From NCBI RefSeq assembly GCF_037975245.1, contig NC_092564.1, positions 11,487,891-11,551,890 on the forward strand: DNA of 64,000 bases, written 5' to 3'. The notes below the pieces were generated by a model. It was not told the origin of the DNA. It ran no database searches and saw nothing but the letters and a program-made list of their open reading frames with translations. Below are positions 1 to 12,674 of the stretch, one piece after another. Position numbers and translations under genes: made by a program. The stretch is from Apostichopus japonicus (Eukaryota). Position 1 is the stretch's first letter; each line of letters begins with the position of its first letter.

Positions 1-2461
1 TTTCAAAATAGACAATGCTTAGATGCAACTTACAAGGCCTGGGAAGTGTCATTTCCAGCGATCTGGGAGACATTTTCGGCCAAAATTTTTCTTGTACGCT
101 TCGCGCCAACTCATGGTGGCGCTTCGCTTAGATAGTTTGCATACAGGCTTCGCCCTTCCTTGGCAATTACTCGCTACACGCCTGTTCGAATTTGTAAAGC
201 AAAGAGCTTATATAACATCATATCAGTGAGCATTGAAATGCCTGTTCCACGATGAACAGCCTCAAAAAATGTCTATGTGTGTAGTCGAAGGCGTAGCCCA
301 ATTGGATTTGGGGCTGTAACGACTTGCCCGAAAAAAAAGCCAAAATATTTCGCGCGCAAAGCGCGCGTTCAACATATCGATGCCAATATCATATAAGCAA
401 CCATCGGTCATTACATTGCATGGCATCGTGTACCGCACGGTCCGTGAAAGTTGCACAGTATACCGCCGGATGCTAATGTAAACAACCAAATGTCTTATGT
501 ATATATAGATGGAGAAAAAGCATACAGATCCATTTATGTCAAAACTCTCTTTTACAGTAGTAATGTCGGCCAAGCTTAGAACTTTATTTTAATTACCAAC
601 GAGATAATTTTTAAGCTATTCATTGTTATTTATTTTTCTTTCAGTAAGTTCCCGAAAAAAATGGTTGCGGGGGGGGGGGGAGTGGGGACTGCAGCCCCCG
701 CCTCCTACGGGACCTACGCCTGTGTGTGTAGTGTTCGGTTTCGATATACCTGATATCGGAAATATCTGATATTTTTCTGCTCCTTCAACCAAGTTTTACA
801 ATAGCCATAATAAGAGGTTTTAATATTTGTACACCAATAAATTAACTGTGTCTGAATTTTCGAAAATTTCCTCACCAACATTCTTCATCATACTTTCCTC
901 TACTCGTGCAATTTGTACCTGTCTATTAGGGGTTCAAGGAGGTTTTTCCCTATTGGTTGTCCATAGATTGAATTTTGTGCAACATTATGGGTACGTTTTG
1001 AAGTGATTTTTATTCACGAGAAATGGGAATTTTGAAATTCTCAACAAACAATGGGCTTAAAACCTTGAAAAGTGGGGCTTTCGGATATTGTGGGCCGTGA
1101 CGTAGAATCGCCTACAAAAGCAATGATCCATAGGACATGCATGAGGTCGAACATGATGTGTGACTGGTGACAATCTTCAAAAAGGTTATGGATGGGAAAA
1201 AAATTGGGAAATACTTGGTTCTCAGGCAAAAGTGTACATCTGGTTGGTCATTTTCAAGCCCGAGAAGTGTCATTTCCGGTGATCTGGGGGGTATCAAAAC
1301 CAGAAATTTTCTTGTACGCTGCGCGCCAACCGATGGTGGCGCTCCGCTTAGATAGTAATTCGCGCCCCCCGGGTTAGAAAATCCTGGATACGCGCCTGGA
1401 TAAGGTACTTCGGTATATGCATACAGTGGCGGATCCAGGATTTCGCCGAAGGGGGGGCCCAGATTGGAAATGCCTAATCGTCGTCCTGGGGGAGGGGTCT
1501 AAGGGGAGGGGGTGCCCCCCTCCCCTTTGGAAAATTTCAAAAAATATGGAGGTCCTCGGTGCAATCTGGTGCTACTTTTCGTGAAAGTTTTGAGTAAAAT
1601 TTATTTCCAATAAATCATGTATTCATGGTTTGCCGGGCATATATTTGCAATTTCGACCAATGAGCTGGGATTTACGTCTTTGGGGAGTAGGTGGTGATGC
1701 AAACTACTTTTTACCAGGCTACTCCAGGCCATTTCATCTTGGATGCCCCTTCCAGATGGAGACTATTGATGCAGTCAGAGTGCCCCTCTCACCTTCACTT
1801 TATCAGAATGATGGTGTACTCTTTTTGCAAATTTATTTTACAAAAAATTACACGCACAGTGGCGTAGCTAGGATTTTTTGAGTGGGGGCCATGGGGGGCT
1901 GTTCTTTCTTGTGGGGGGCGGAGTTTACTATCTAAGCGGAGCGCCACCTTGGTTGGCGCGGAGCGTACAGAGAAAATTTGAGATTTCAGCACCCCCCAGA
2001 TCGCAGGAGATGGCACCTGTGAGGCAAAATAGCAACCAAAAAGATGTGCAACTTTGGTGACAGAAATGCAAAAAAAAGTTTTTTTCTCTTTCATGCTGAC
2101 TGGCCTTGCCAACTCAGCCAGACTTTTAACTTGACGGAAGATGGCATCATTTGTCGTTTCAAGCTGTCAAGGCCTTTCTCCCAACTCAAACCCCTGTGGG
2201 CTACCGGTAGATTTGCAGGATATGCCCACATGTGGACTTAAATAGCATTAGAGGAAGGGGGTGGAAGACTAACACGCATCGATGTTTTGGTAATGGTCCA
2301 CATTGGTGGCTCGGTGCTTATTAGGCCATTTATTGGGTTTCTTGAGGCAGCTGTCATCAGAATCTGGCTTTTTGTGCCAATCGATGACCGATAACATGTA
2401 TTGGTATGTAAATTTCTTCTTCATATATCTAGCAACACTCTAAAAAGAAATGAGTGGATTT

Positions 2462-2648
2462 CATTCCATTGGAGTGATCACTCGGCGCACTTCAAATTAA
2501 GAGTAAAATTTAACTCTATTGGAGTTAACCCTCACTCCTAATATTAGTGAATATAACTCTATTAGGAGTTAAGATTTACTCCAATGGAGTGGAAATTCAC
2601 TCTTATACCGGAATGTGCTCAGTGATCACTCCCATGGAGTGAAATTCA
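2462..2648. mobile_element. Unrelated small hairpin MITE-like element
   Basis: Inverted ends CATTGGAGTGATCACTCGGCGCAC (2462) and GTGCTCAGTGATCACTCCCATGGAGTG (2622). Internal direct repeats of TATTGGAGTTAA / TATTAGGAGTTAA. Confidence 0.4.
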
Positions 2649-2690
2649 CCTATGTTTTTATCAGTACAGTACAGTGCATATCATCATAGA

Positions 2691-2722
2691 CGTACGTACG
2701 TACGTACTACGTACGTTCGTAT
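2691..2722. repeat. (ACGT)n microsatellite
   Basis: gacgtacgtacgtacgtactacgtacgttcg. Confidence 0.9.
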
Positions 2723-2946
2723 ATCAGACGCACTCGATACCCACGATACGATACGGTCCTGGAGAAACTATTTCCACTCATCATTTTTTAAGGCGATACA
2801 GTAGTGAGTATTGAACAGGCACAGCCGCATGTTTGCAGGAAATTCAGAATTCCCAATATTTTATATCTCTACCAGTAGTGAAAATCATGTTTTGACAGTT
2901 TTGTGGACATAAAAATTTGTTTTGTGGAATATTCAATGACATATCA

Positions 2947-3305
2947 GGGGCGGATGCAGGATTTGTGACGGGGGGGGGGGGTCTGACTGGTCCAGCCGCG
3001 CCTGAACGTAAGACTATCTAAGCGGAGCCCCATCATCGGTTGGCGCGGAGCGTACAAGAAAATTTTTGGCTTTACAAACCCCCAGATGGCCGGAAACGGC
3101 ACTTCCCGAGTATTCTTAGCAGCATGTACCTAGCCTGAAAATATGGATCTCATGTCTGCAATTTCAGGCCCCCCGTAGCTACGCCACTGATCACGCATGG
3201 GGCCCTTTCCCTCGAACGCGGTAAAAAAAAAAAAAAAAAATCAGGATTTTCAAAAAGGGGGGGGGGGCCCGGGCCCCCCGGGCCCCCCCCTGGATCCGCC
3301 CCTGG
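2947..3305. mobile_element. MITE, complete copy (~360 bp), TIR CAGGGGCGGATGCAGG / CCTGGATCCGCCCCTG
   Basis: Perfect 16-bp TIR logic with G/C homopolymer tracts just inside both TIRs. The internal core ACTATCTAAGCGGAGC-CCATCATCGGTTGGCGCGGAGCGTACAAGAAAATTTT recurs in at least 9 copies in this window. Confidence 0.6.
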
Positions 3306-5261
3306 CATAAACCACAAAAGAGAAGTAAGGCATGGACACCATCCTTGGCTCCTTGCAGAAGTTTCTGATATATTTTTGGTCACACAATGTAAGATTCCCA
3401 TTTTACGGATGTAGGTGCATGGGCGGCGATCATGGGGGGGACGGGGGGGACATGTCCCCCCCAATATTTTAGGTGGGGGGATATAGTATCTAATATCCCC
3501 CCCAATATTTGGTGGCATAGTCTTTTTTAAGCATATGTTTTGTATTTTTTTATGGCATCGCTAGTAATTTCAAAATAGAAAATGCTTAGATGCAACTTAC
3601 AATGCCTGGGAAGTGCCATTTCCAGCGATCTGGGAGGCATTTTCGGCCAAAATTTTCTTTTGCGCTTCGCGCCAACTAATGGAGGCGCTACACTTAGAAA
3701 GTCTGGGTACAAGCTTTGCCCCTCTCTTGGCAAATTCCTCGCAAGGCGCCTGTCTAACCGTGTCACAATTTGTTATTATATATGACCGAAAGTAGTTTTT
3801 ACTTTTTTTCGAAATGAATAGCTAGACGGACCGCATCCGTAATGAAATTTGGTTTGCATCTTGTGTAAGTACGTATATGATCCACATCGATATGGGTTCA
3901 CCGGGTTTCCATTTGGCCTCTTTCCTACAAGATTTCTAACCGCAGGTGCGTAGCCAAGGGGGGTATGAAGAGTGGAGATCGCCCCCCCCCCTCGAGCATA
4001 TTTTTTGGGTATTTTTTATGATATCGAAGTTTTATAGTAACCGTTATAAGAGGTTTTAATATTTGTACACCGATAATTTAACTGTGTCTGAATTTGCGAA
4101 AATTCCTTGACCAACATTCTTCATCATATTTCCCTCTTCTCGTGCAATTTTGACCGGTCTGTTAGGGGTTGAGGGGGTTTTTCTATATTGGTTGTCCATA
4201 GATGAAATTTTGTACAACATTATGGGTATGTTTTGAAGTGAATTTATTATTCAAATTCTGAACAAATAATGGGCTTAAAACCTTGAAAGGTGGGGCTGAT
4301 GGGTATTGTGGGGCGTTACGTAGAATTACCTACAAAAGCAATGATCCACAGGAGATGCAATGAGGTCGAACATGATGTGTGACTGGTGACAATCTTGAAA
4401 AAAAGGTTATGAATGAAAAAAAACTATTAGGAAAAACTTGGTTCTCAGGCAAAAGTGTACATCTGGTTGGTCAGTTTCAAGCCCGAAAAGTGCCATTTCC
4501 GGTGATCTGGGGGGTTATCAAAACCAGAAATTTTCTTGTACGCTGCGCGCCAACCAATGGTGGCGCTCCGCTTTGATAGTAATTCCCCTGCATCCAAGCC
4601 AATGTCCCCCCCAATATTTGAAACAGATCGCCGCCCCTGTGTAGGTGTATCCCCAAGTATTCGTGGCTCGCAAATGACGTGCAAAATGTCCGTGTGACCC
4701 GCAAGATCCAATTAGTGCCCACCACTGCTTTGACCTAACTGTTGATGAAGTATCGAGACATACTGCTAAACCAGTAGGAAGGCCCGTGACTACCTTGCTT
4801 GGAAAAATAAAGTCGCAATTTAAGGACGTTAAGATTAACAATTTTTCTAGGAAGCAATAAACCCTGCGCAAGATCGTCATACGTGGCGGAGGTTAATCAC
4901 TGAGCATGTCGGATAGACGAGACTCAACTTACTACTACCAGGCGCGGCGGAACGGAAAAATTATTGGGGGGGGGCTAATGTGTGGAGACTATCTAAGCGG
5001 AGCGCCACCATCGGTTGGCGCGGAGCGTACAAGAAAATTTTGGGTTTTTTTAAACCCCCAGATGGCTGGAAACGGCACTTCCCGAGTGTTTTATGCTGCG
5101 AATACCTAGCCCTAAAATATGGGTCTCAAGCCTGCAATTTCTCAGATTGCACGTAAAAGTCTGTAAAAACATTGTAATTTGTATATTCGATGGTGTTTTA
5201 AGAGAGTAGCTATTACTCGTAGTGTACTCGCAAAGACGTTTTTGAGTGTAGTAAGGGCAGT

Positions 5262-5650
5262 GGCGGAGCTAGGGGTATTGATTAGGGGGGGGGGGGGCAA
5301 GAATGGTCTGTAGGGGCGCTTTCGACACTATCTAAGCGGAGCGCCACCACAGGTTGGCGCGGAGCGTACAGAAAATTTTTGAGTAAAGTTACTCCCTAGA
5401 TTGCAGGAAATGACCCTTTCCGGGCCTTGCTAATTTGCAGATAAACGGAGAATAAATAGGTGTCGTCGCCATTTTGTCGGAAAATTACACCAACAGAATA
5501 TGACAAATGTCAATAGGTATATGAGAGCGCAATAAAATAGTCAATAATCGCGAATAAGTTAAAAGTAGTGAAAAGCTGAAAAGGGCGCCAGCAGTCCATT
5601 TGAGTCCATCAGGAGGGGGGGGGGGGATCCGCCCCCTGACTGTATATATG
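5262..5650. mobile_element. MITE, complete copy (~390 bp), same family
   Basis: 5' CAGTGGCGGAGCTAGG...poly-G...ACTATCTAAGCGGAGCGCCACCACAGGTTGGCGCGGAGCGTACAG ... 3' poly-G-GATCCGCCCCCTGACTG (inverted). Confidence 0.55.
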
Positions 5651-6888
5651 GACGCTCCGCCACTAAGTAAGGGGATGTTGGAGAACTGGCTGAAATGAGG
5701 CAAGTCATTGGCCTAAGACGAAGTTGTGTTACGCTTACCGGTACTCACACTAACTGCTTCCACTTTTCACGGGGCCTGAAGACGCGGTTGGGTGACAATG
5801 TAGTCTATAGCCAGGGGACGGTCCGAGGGACCCCAGCAATTACTAAAATTATTACACCTATATAGTATACGTGTGCATCGGACAGATCGACAAGTATGCA
5901 TTGAAAAATGGGCAGATGCACGTTTCGGAGCCTTGGTAAATATTGGGGGGGCTTATCATGCATTTGCCCCCTCAACTTTTTCATTGGGGGGGCTGAGCCC
6001 CCCCAAGCCCCCCCGGTTCCGCCGCCACTGGGTCCCCTTCATGGCAGTAGGCTTCTCGATCCCACAAGCAGAAGTTAGAGGCTATATATGAAGTCATGAA
6101 AAGTCATATCAATACAATAATCATATTAGATAACTTAAATGATCTTAACCTTATCATAGGAACATGTTTTTTCGATTCTCGTCACACCACAAACTTGCTG
6201 GCTACGTACGAGCCTGCCTACATTCGTGTGGGCTCCTATAATACTCCAGCGCGCACACTCCCTCCTTTATAAAATACTGAATCCGTCCCTGTAGCTTATA
6301 TTATGCCTATCGAGGAATTATTAAGAAGTCCCAACGTGAAAAGGTTTCTTTCCACTGTACTGATCCCCTTTGTAACCATCCACCATCAGCGTCCGCAGCA
6401 ATCAGGTCGCATAAAGTACAGTAGTACATGATGGTACCTTACAGCAATTATAAGCTAGCAAGTCGACATCAGGTCTGTATGAGTAGGCCTACAAAAGTAG
6501 GACAAGTTATCTAAACTTTAGAAAACCAAAATAGACATAGCCCTAAAAAACTCTGGGTCTTGTTGTTTCCGTCACAACAGTATGCCATTGGAAGTTAATT
6601 ATAATGGCATTGACAGTCATTTTACTCTTCAAAAAAAATATATTTAAAAAAAACACACACACACAAAAAACGACTTAGACAAGTCTGAATGTTTATGTCG
6701 CAAAACCCATGCCACTTTTATTCAGTGTAGGCTACGTGTTGTTAAATTGTAAAATCATTGTGGTACAGTATCATTGGTCCACAGAACTGTTGAATTTCTG
6801 TGCACTGAAACCAGCAGTACTTCATTATTAAGCAGCATTAATTCGAACTTGGTGTCACAATCGTTCCAAGCTGATTGCCAAAGAAAAG

Positions 6889-6970
6889 ATGGAGTGGTTT
6901 GAAGGAGAAATCTCTGCTGGCATAGCCGAAGCGAAGAAGCGGAACACCCTTTTTGTCGTGTATATAAGAG
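6889..6970 (+). CDS. UBXN4: UBXN4/UBXD2 (erasin) orthologue, coding exon 1 (start codon)
   Basis: ATG at 6889. Translation MEWFEGEISAGIAEAKKRNTLFVVYIR aligns with the human UBXN4 N-terminus MLWFQGAIPAAIATAKRSGAVFVVFV. Donor AG|GTGAAT at 6971; ends in phase 1. Confidence 0.85.
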
Positions 6971-7455
6971 GTGAATTAGCCTATTGTTATTTAACACTAA
7001 AAGTACTTTAATATAGCGTAATATAGGCCTAGCCTATACTACTAAGTACTAGGTTAGCTATTATAATATTGCGCAAACCCGACCTTAGGCCCTTAACCAA
7101 CCCTCTAGCCAGACTTAAGTCCTAGGCCTTTGTATCATTATCTTGACTACTTGGGTTTGTCACATTCTCCCTATTTGTACCTTATCATCCAATATTAAAG
7201 GCAAGTCTGTAAAAGGAATATATATTGGCATAAAGAAGCAATGTATGATTTTAGAACTGTACCAAATTAAGTCAACGACAGTGCTGCTGTAACCAGTGAT
7301 CTAGTCTTCACTAATTTTCATTATTCCTGTTGGCGCAAAAATCTGTCAATTATGTTACACAAGATAAACAATATTAATAGTTAAAAAATATGGGATGTAC
7401 AGTATGAATTTTGGCTCAACCAAACTTCTTTTCCCTTTCCACAATATGTCTATAG

Positions 7456-7561
7456 ATGACTCAGATGATTCCAAGAAGATGGATCAAACTTGGGAATCCC
7501 CGGAAGTTGCAACAGTCTGTAAAAAATTAGGATTGGTTGCTATGCGTTTTGTAAAAGACAG
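7456..7561 (+). CDS. UBXN4: UBXN4 orthologue exon 2
   Basis: Acceptor ...tctatag|. In-frame continuation DDSDDSKKMDQTWESPEVATVCKKLGLVAMRFVKD resembles human GDDEQSTQMAASWEDDKVTEASSNSFVAIKIDTKS. Donor AG|GTATTG; phase 1 in, phase 2 out. Confidence 0.8.
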
Positions 7562-8329
7562 GTATTGTTCATCTCATTTAAGGGTTGAATATTCTTTTTC
7601 CTGCAATGAATACTTTAAAAAATAATTTAAAATTAAGTTTTGTTGTTTGATGAGTAAAGTGCTAGTTTACCAAATCATATTGTTTATTAAAGGTTCGGCA
7701 AGATTTCAGCTTTTGAATTTTTTTTGCCATTAAGTTATTTCATTCATAAACTGGTTGGAATGCCTTTGGATGTGTATGTCTTGTGCCAGGCCACAAAATT
7801 CAAGCTGTCGTCTCCAAGCAGTTGCTAGACACAACGTAATAAATATATTTCATTGAGTGCTAGTACCAAATACAGTATAGTCACATGCTCCTTTGGCAAT
7901 AAGAAATAAATACCTCTTTTCAAAATTTATTATAACTGCTGGTCCACCAATGGTTGTTACATTTTATATCATATGTATCACATTAGCAGGACCTGTTATT
8001 TAATGGCCACCATGTTGAGCCCTAAAGTATTGTTTTGTTCAGCAGTACTGTAGTTGTCATATTAAAGTTTCTCTACAGCTTTTGGCATAAATTTGGGCAT
8101 CTCTTCTCACAAATTTACCTTTCTTAAAGAATGGAGATTTTCCAGTCTACAGTTTCTGCTGCCCCTGGCCTGTCACAGTCATACTGTAATTGCTAATGAT
8201 TGTGAAGTTGACTGAAGTGGAAAGGTTGACCTGTAGGTACAACAACCACACTGTCCATGCTGTAATTTTATGAATGAAACTAAACTTTAAACAAGTTGTC
8301 ACATTTTGTTCTTCTTTTCTCGTTTACAG

Positions 8330-8358
8330 CTCAGAGTGCAAGATGTTCTCCCAATGCT
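8330..8358 (+). CDS. UBXN4: UBXN4 orthologue exon 3 (29-nt microexon)
   Basis: Acceptor cgtttacag|, donor T|GTATCC. Encodes (R)SECKMFSQC, matching human KSEACLQFSQI. It joins exon 2 (phase 2) to exon 4 (phase 1) in frame. Confidence 0.7.
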
Positions 8359-9397
8359 GTATCCTTTCTTAATCTACTGTATGAATGCCAAACTTAGACA
8401 AAAGATAGAGAAAATTTGATATAAAAGTGCAAACAATAATTGATATAAGATGGAACAAAGAGGGAAAAGTTGCACCTTTGGCATCAGTGGTATGAATAGC
8501 ATTTTTATAATTGTATGTTTTGATGTTTTCTAGAATATGAATGCAAATCCTGAGATCAACAGGTGGATGAATTCCTCCAGAGTGTAAACTCAAAGATTCA
8601 TTTCACTGTAAAGTATTCAATTAGAGGTGAAACAAACATAGGAAGTATTTAACTGAAAGTTATTTCGAGGAGTACTTGAAATGTTAGGTTTACTTATTGT
8701 ATGAGAGAATATTAAAGGTGACATGCAACCATGATTTATGATAACATTCTTTGCCTGTATCCATTTTGAATTGTAATTCAATTCTGCTAGATTAATCTCA
8801 TCATTCCTCTTTAGGAAATTATAACTCATTTTCATCCACATTTGGAATAAGAAATTTCCCCCTTTTTGGAGAAGATTTTAATAGCAGATAAAATGGTTGT
8901 CACTTGACCAACCTTAGCCATGTACTGATGTCATTTTGAAACGAGAGCCATGAAGTGATGCTATGCAGAATAACTAAACACGTTTCAGGACTTCAACTCT
9001 GCTCATACATGTTCTAGTGCCAGGTCAGATCAAGTGGTGCTAACATTCATCACATGGTACATGTACTTAAGTCCCATGGCTTCTTCGTGGGGAGTGACTA
9101 TCTTTACCTACTTTATCGTTCCGAATCTTCCCACGATACTACTGTATAGAGTGACATGAATAATAATCGCCAACCTGTTTTTTGCGTATTAGGAAGTGTT
9201 CAAGCCAATTTGTTTTGAAATTGACACTAGTTAGTGCAAAAAATTAGTAAAACACTTCAATGTGAAACTGCAACAAGAAACTACAGTATTTATATTCAAC
9301 ACCATAACTTGAACTCAAATTGTTGCATATAAAAGGCAAAATGGTACTGTACATGTTAATACACAACAACCATCTTTAACATAAGAGAAACTTTCAG

Positions 9398-9519
9398 ATC
9401 CTGTGTTGATTGTGCCTTCTGTGTCATTTATATCTGGAGAAAATGGCGTTCTCCTAGAAGCTACAGCTGGCCAAGTAGATGCTCCAGGATTCATTGAAAG
9501 GATCAACGCTGCTGCGAAG
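9398..9519 (+). CDS. UBXN4: UBXN4 orthologue exon 4
   Basis: Acceptor ctttcag|, donor AAG|GTTAGT. YPVLIVPSVSFISGENGVLLEATAGQVDAPGFIERINAAAK matches human YPVVCVPSSFFIGDSGIPLEVIAGSVSADELVTRIHKVRQ. Confidence 0.85.
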
Positions 9520-9973
9520 GTTAGTTCCCTTATTTGCTTTGGACGGTCAATTCGATACGGGATGCCTGGAAGAAAACAAGTTGATCTTCTAGTACTGTTC
9601 CGTGTACTATTTGTCCATATTTAAAGCCATAATTATATGCACAGTGGTAGTTTCCAACTTTCCCAGTAGTCAAGGACTTTGAACATGCACCAAGTTCATG
9701 AAAGATGGAAGCCTATGACCTCAGTGAACTTTGTGTAATGATTTCCTGTCATTTGTTGTATATGTACCGAATGTCAAACAGAGTTTTAGATGCTTCTCCG
9801 TATCAGAAATGTTTCTTTACTACTGTATATTTATCAAATTTCTAGTTAATATTGCATAATTATTAATCTTTTGTGTTCTACTGCTAGGTGAATCTCTTTT
9901 CTGTTGCTTTCATTATATTCTACAACAGGGTCATTTAGCGGTTCAATATATGTTTTCATTTTCTCGTTTGCAG

Positions 9974-10052
9974 ATCCAAAAAGGACAAGGAACGTCAACG
10001 ACAGATAAAAATTCAAAGCCTGAGCGTTCACAGACTACACCCGCCCAGACAG
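9974..10052 (+). CDS. UBXN4: UBXN4 orthologue exon 5 (S/T-rich linker)
   Basis: Acceptor ttctcgtttgcag|, donor CAG|GTACTA. IQKGQGTSTTDKNSKPERSQTTPAQT is a low-complexity linker like the human S/T-rich segment. Phase 0 in, phase 1 out. Confidence 0.55.
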
Positions 10053-10960
10053 GTACTACTGTTTCCTTATCACAGTCTACTTGATGTCAAGACATGAATT
10101 GCACCCATTTTGTGCTCATCAATGCAATAAAAGTATACAATAATGTGCTGTTGCTACTAGCAACATCTGTTTTTGAGGACCATGATAAGGCAATAAACAA
10201 GCTTGTACTTTCCTTCCAGGTTAATGTATGACACGATACAAATCAATTAATGCAAGTAGTAAAGCCGGAGCTCAGAAGTAAAATTTGAAAATCGCTTAAT
10301 ATATTAGAGTAACTTTTGCCCATTTTTTGTCCAGCCTGAGTTTGCTGAAATCTTTACACAAAAAAATCAAGAGACTGTTACTGAAGTTATTTACAAATTG
10401 ATCCAAGTAAGGTATCCTAGTGAAGTAGTTGATCAGAGAGTAATTTATGAGTACATGGGTGGTGACTTCAGACAGCTTTGCATATGAATTACACAATTGG
10501 CATGCCAAAGGCATATCCATAGTTTTCAACTTCTTTTACTTTTTCTTCAAAATACAGTATGTATTTGAAACTTGACTGGTCATGCCAATGAACTGTTTGT
10601 CAGTTTCTTATCCCCAGTCAATGCTAAAAGCTCTGCTTAGAGTACATGTAGTTGTTGATGATGGTTTTATGTTAATTAGAGACATTATGTTAATTAGAGA
10701 CAGCCAACTGTAATGGTTCTTGGGCAGGCAATGGAAACAAACTTGACAGTCACGTTGACAGCTTGTCATCAACGCTCTGTCGACAGATCGAATGTTTTAA
10801 TATTACTCTGTATATTGTAGAGAAGATATAATGAAAACACTTCCAACCTGTGGCAATAAATAATGATTACCAATGGCTTCTGTTTTGACAATACTAGTTA
10901 GTACCGTTGCAGAGTTTGCCGCTGAACTGTTGACAAGAAACAATTTTTTAATATTATTAG

Positions 10961-11103
10961 AGACAACATCTCCAGTCTCACCCACCCCTGAGGTCCCAGT
11001 GACAACCCCGACAGAGGAGAAAGAGAGTGTCCAAGAGAGAGCTGCACGGTTAAGGAAGAAAATGGAAGAGGTTCATGCAAAGAAAGAAGCCCAAAAGAAA
11101 GAA
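10961..11103 (+). CDS. UBXN4: UBXN4 orthologue exon 6
   Basis: Acceptor ttttttaatattattag| (alternative in-frame acceptor at 10912/10913). Donor GAA|GTATGT. Encodes ETTSPVSPTPEVPVTTPTEEKESVQERAARLRKKMEEVHAKKEAQKKE, matching the human charged coiled-coil start LEERREEKRKEEEQREIKKE. Phase 1 in, phase 0 out. Confidence 0.6.
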
Positions 11104-11639
11104 GTATGTTTTGTAGATCGTTTGTGAGAAAGTTTGTTTTGTTGGATGGTAACTCTCCCCTCACTCTTAACTCCCTTCCCCTTGCCTCACCTGCAATCAT
11201 TGACTATAGAGTGCATTTTTCATCCATGTAGTGTCCAAATTTCACTAGAAAAGGAGCATCTTGCATTGGAATCCTCAATGCTGGATTAGCTGATAGGCTG
11301 GGAGGTAAGTGCCTACGTAGTACTGTATCCCAAAGATCAAGTGGCCCCCAAGGTCAAGGGGATCACTTGGACCCAGTTTTACACTCTATGATGCCCCACA
11401 TTGAGTTGCATTGCGAGTCAAATCATTGAATCTCACAGTGTCCCCTGAACAAATTAACAACCTCATTTGAAATATTTTCTGGATCACAGAATTTAGTCGT
11501 GTCAGATGATCTGAATTTAAATCATTCAACATCAATTTTGTTTTCATTTTTTGCAGCAGATAGTTATTTGGAAACAATTGACAATCCCTTCGTGGATAAT
11601 TTACGTTTGGCTTTATACTGTTTGATACTTAATTAACAG

Positions 11640-11932
11640 ACCTTAAAGCAGAAGGAGCTTGAGAGGCGAAAGGTGGGGCAATCCATGCAGAAAGCCCAAC
11701 AGCAGAGGGCCGAGGATGAATTGAGACAGAATGCGGTAGAGAAGAGGAGGGAGAAGATGGAAGACAAAATAGCAAGACAGAGAGTTCGAGAGCAGATCGC
11801 AAGAGATCGAGCTGAGAAGGATGCCAAGTTTGCCACTGCCAGGAATGAGGAACAGAAACGTAAAACAGCAACGCAGGAAGCAAATGTTGAGCAGCAACGG
11901 GCAGATGATATAGCGAGGGCAGCAGCCAACCG
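11640..11932 (+). CDS. UBXN4: UBXN4 orthologue exon 7 (K/R/E-rich coiled coil)
   Basis: Acceptor aattaacag|, donor CG|GTGAGC. TLKQKELERRKV...AEDELRQNAVEKRREKMEDKIARQRVREQIARDRAEKDAKFATARNEEQKRK parallels human EERNREKAEDRAARERIKQQIALDRAERAARFAKTKEE. Phase 0 in, phase 2 out. Confidence 0.85.
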
Positions 11933-12571
11933 GTGAGCACTTTATCAGGTCGCTCTGATGTGGGTTATCTCCAGTAACAGTCAGGGAGAAATGGTTTAGT
12001 CTGGGCCTCTGGGGATTGCTTTTTTCATTCAGTAGGGGAAGAATTAGATGGTGGACTACTTAGTTGTCTACACATCCCTCCCCCCACCCCCCATATTTTC
12101 AACCTCACACAGAAATTCTAGAGAAGTTATTATCAGAAACATGTATTTTAACCTAAATATAGGCTAAACATGCCTCAGAATGCACCACTTGATGTAAAAA
12201 CTTCTACTTTTATCTCAGGAAGACACCAGACCCCTCTACTTAAAGTTGGCTTCAGTGATGGGAGGGTCACACACCCCTCTCCTTTATAAAATCCTTCATT
12301 TGCCTCTGACCTTTCCATAAAGGTTTATGCCCTTTATATATAAGTCAGTATGGGATAATTTAGAATTTACCCCCTCCCCCCCTCACCTTTGAAATCTTGT
12401 GCATGCCACTGCTTTAATTTGAAAGATACTACATTGCACCAATTGGCATCAAATTGTTTCTGTCAAATAAAATCTTTTAACAAACCTTTCAGTTTTGTTT
12501 ACTGAAATTACCAATCAAAATACAACTAGGGAAATGAATTTGTCTCTATTGGATCTTGATTATCTTTGCAG

Positions 12572-12674
12572 AGAGACGGCCAGGCTTCAGTTTCGCCTCC
12601 CTGATGGAAGCAAGATTCTCCATCAGTTCCCATCTTCAGCAACACTAGGAGAAGCTCGTCAATATGTCGCCGAG
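12572..12674 (+). CDS. UBXN4: UBXN4 orthologue exon 8 (start of UBX domain)
   Basis: Acceptor tatctttgcag|, donor GAG|GTGAGA. RETARLQFRLPDGSKILHQFPSSATLGEARQYVAE matches human RSTVARIQFRLPDGSSFTNQFPSDAPLEEARQFAAQ. Confidence 0.9.

Larger units (their letters stand above)
1..6100. repeat. Nested cluster of interspersed repeats (MITE family fragments and full copies in both orientations)
   Basis: Core motif cttgtacgctccgcgccaaccgatggtggcgctccgcttagatag, or its reverse complement, occurs at ~95, 1310, 1935, 3010, 3660, 4540, 5000 and 5340. A ~570-bp segment 795-1365 is repeated directly at 4040-4580 at ~90% identity. The ORFs listed here (23-229, 1167-1377, 4379-4880, etc.) are repeat-derived, not genes. 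Confidence 0.7.

Noticed and set aside
23-5109. Multiple 60-120-aa ORFs in the first 5 kb (23-229, 1167-1377, 3150-3518, 4379-4880, 4906-5109 and others)
   Set aside because: All lie within copies of the MITE family. The same peptide fragments recur (for example ...LYASRQLMVALRLDS..., SGAPPSVGAERTRKF), which reflects repeat copies, not genes.
10331-10403. Open frame PEFAEIFTQKNQETVTEVIYKLIQ with a good acceptor (ttttgtccag|) and donor (CAAG|GTAAGG) inside UBXN4 intron 5
   Set aside because: It cannot be joined in frame between exon 5 (phase 1) and exon 6: the first codon after the carried G gives GCC then TGA. It could be an exon of a non-coding or alternative transcript, but I cannot support it.
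11629-11940. Three overlapping ~100-aa minus-strand ORFs
   Set aside because: Antisense to UBXN4 exon 7. The K/R/E codon-rich sense strand yields open antisense frames (L/S/F-rich).
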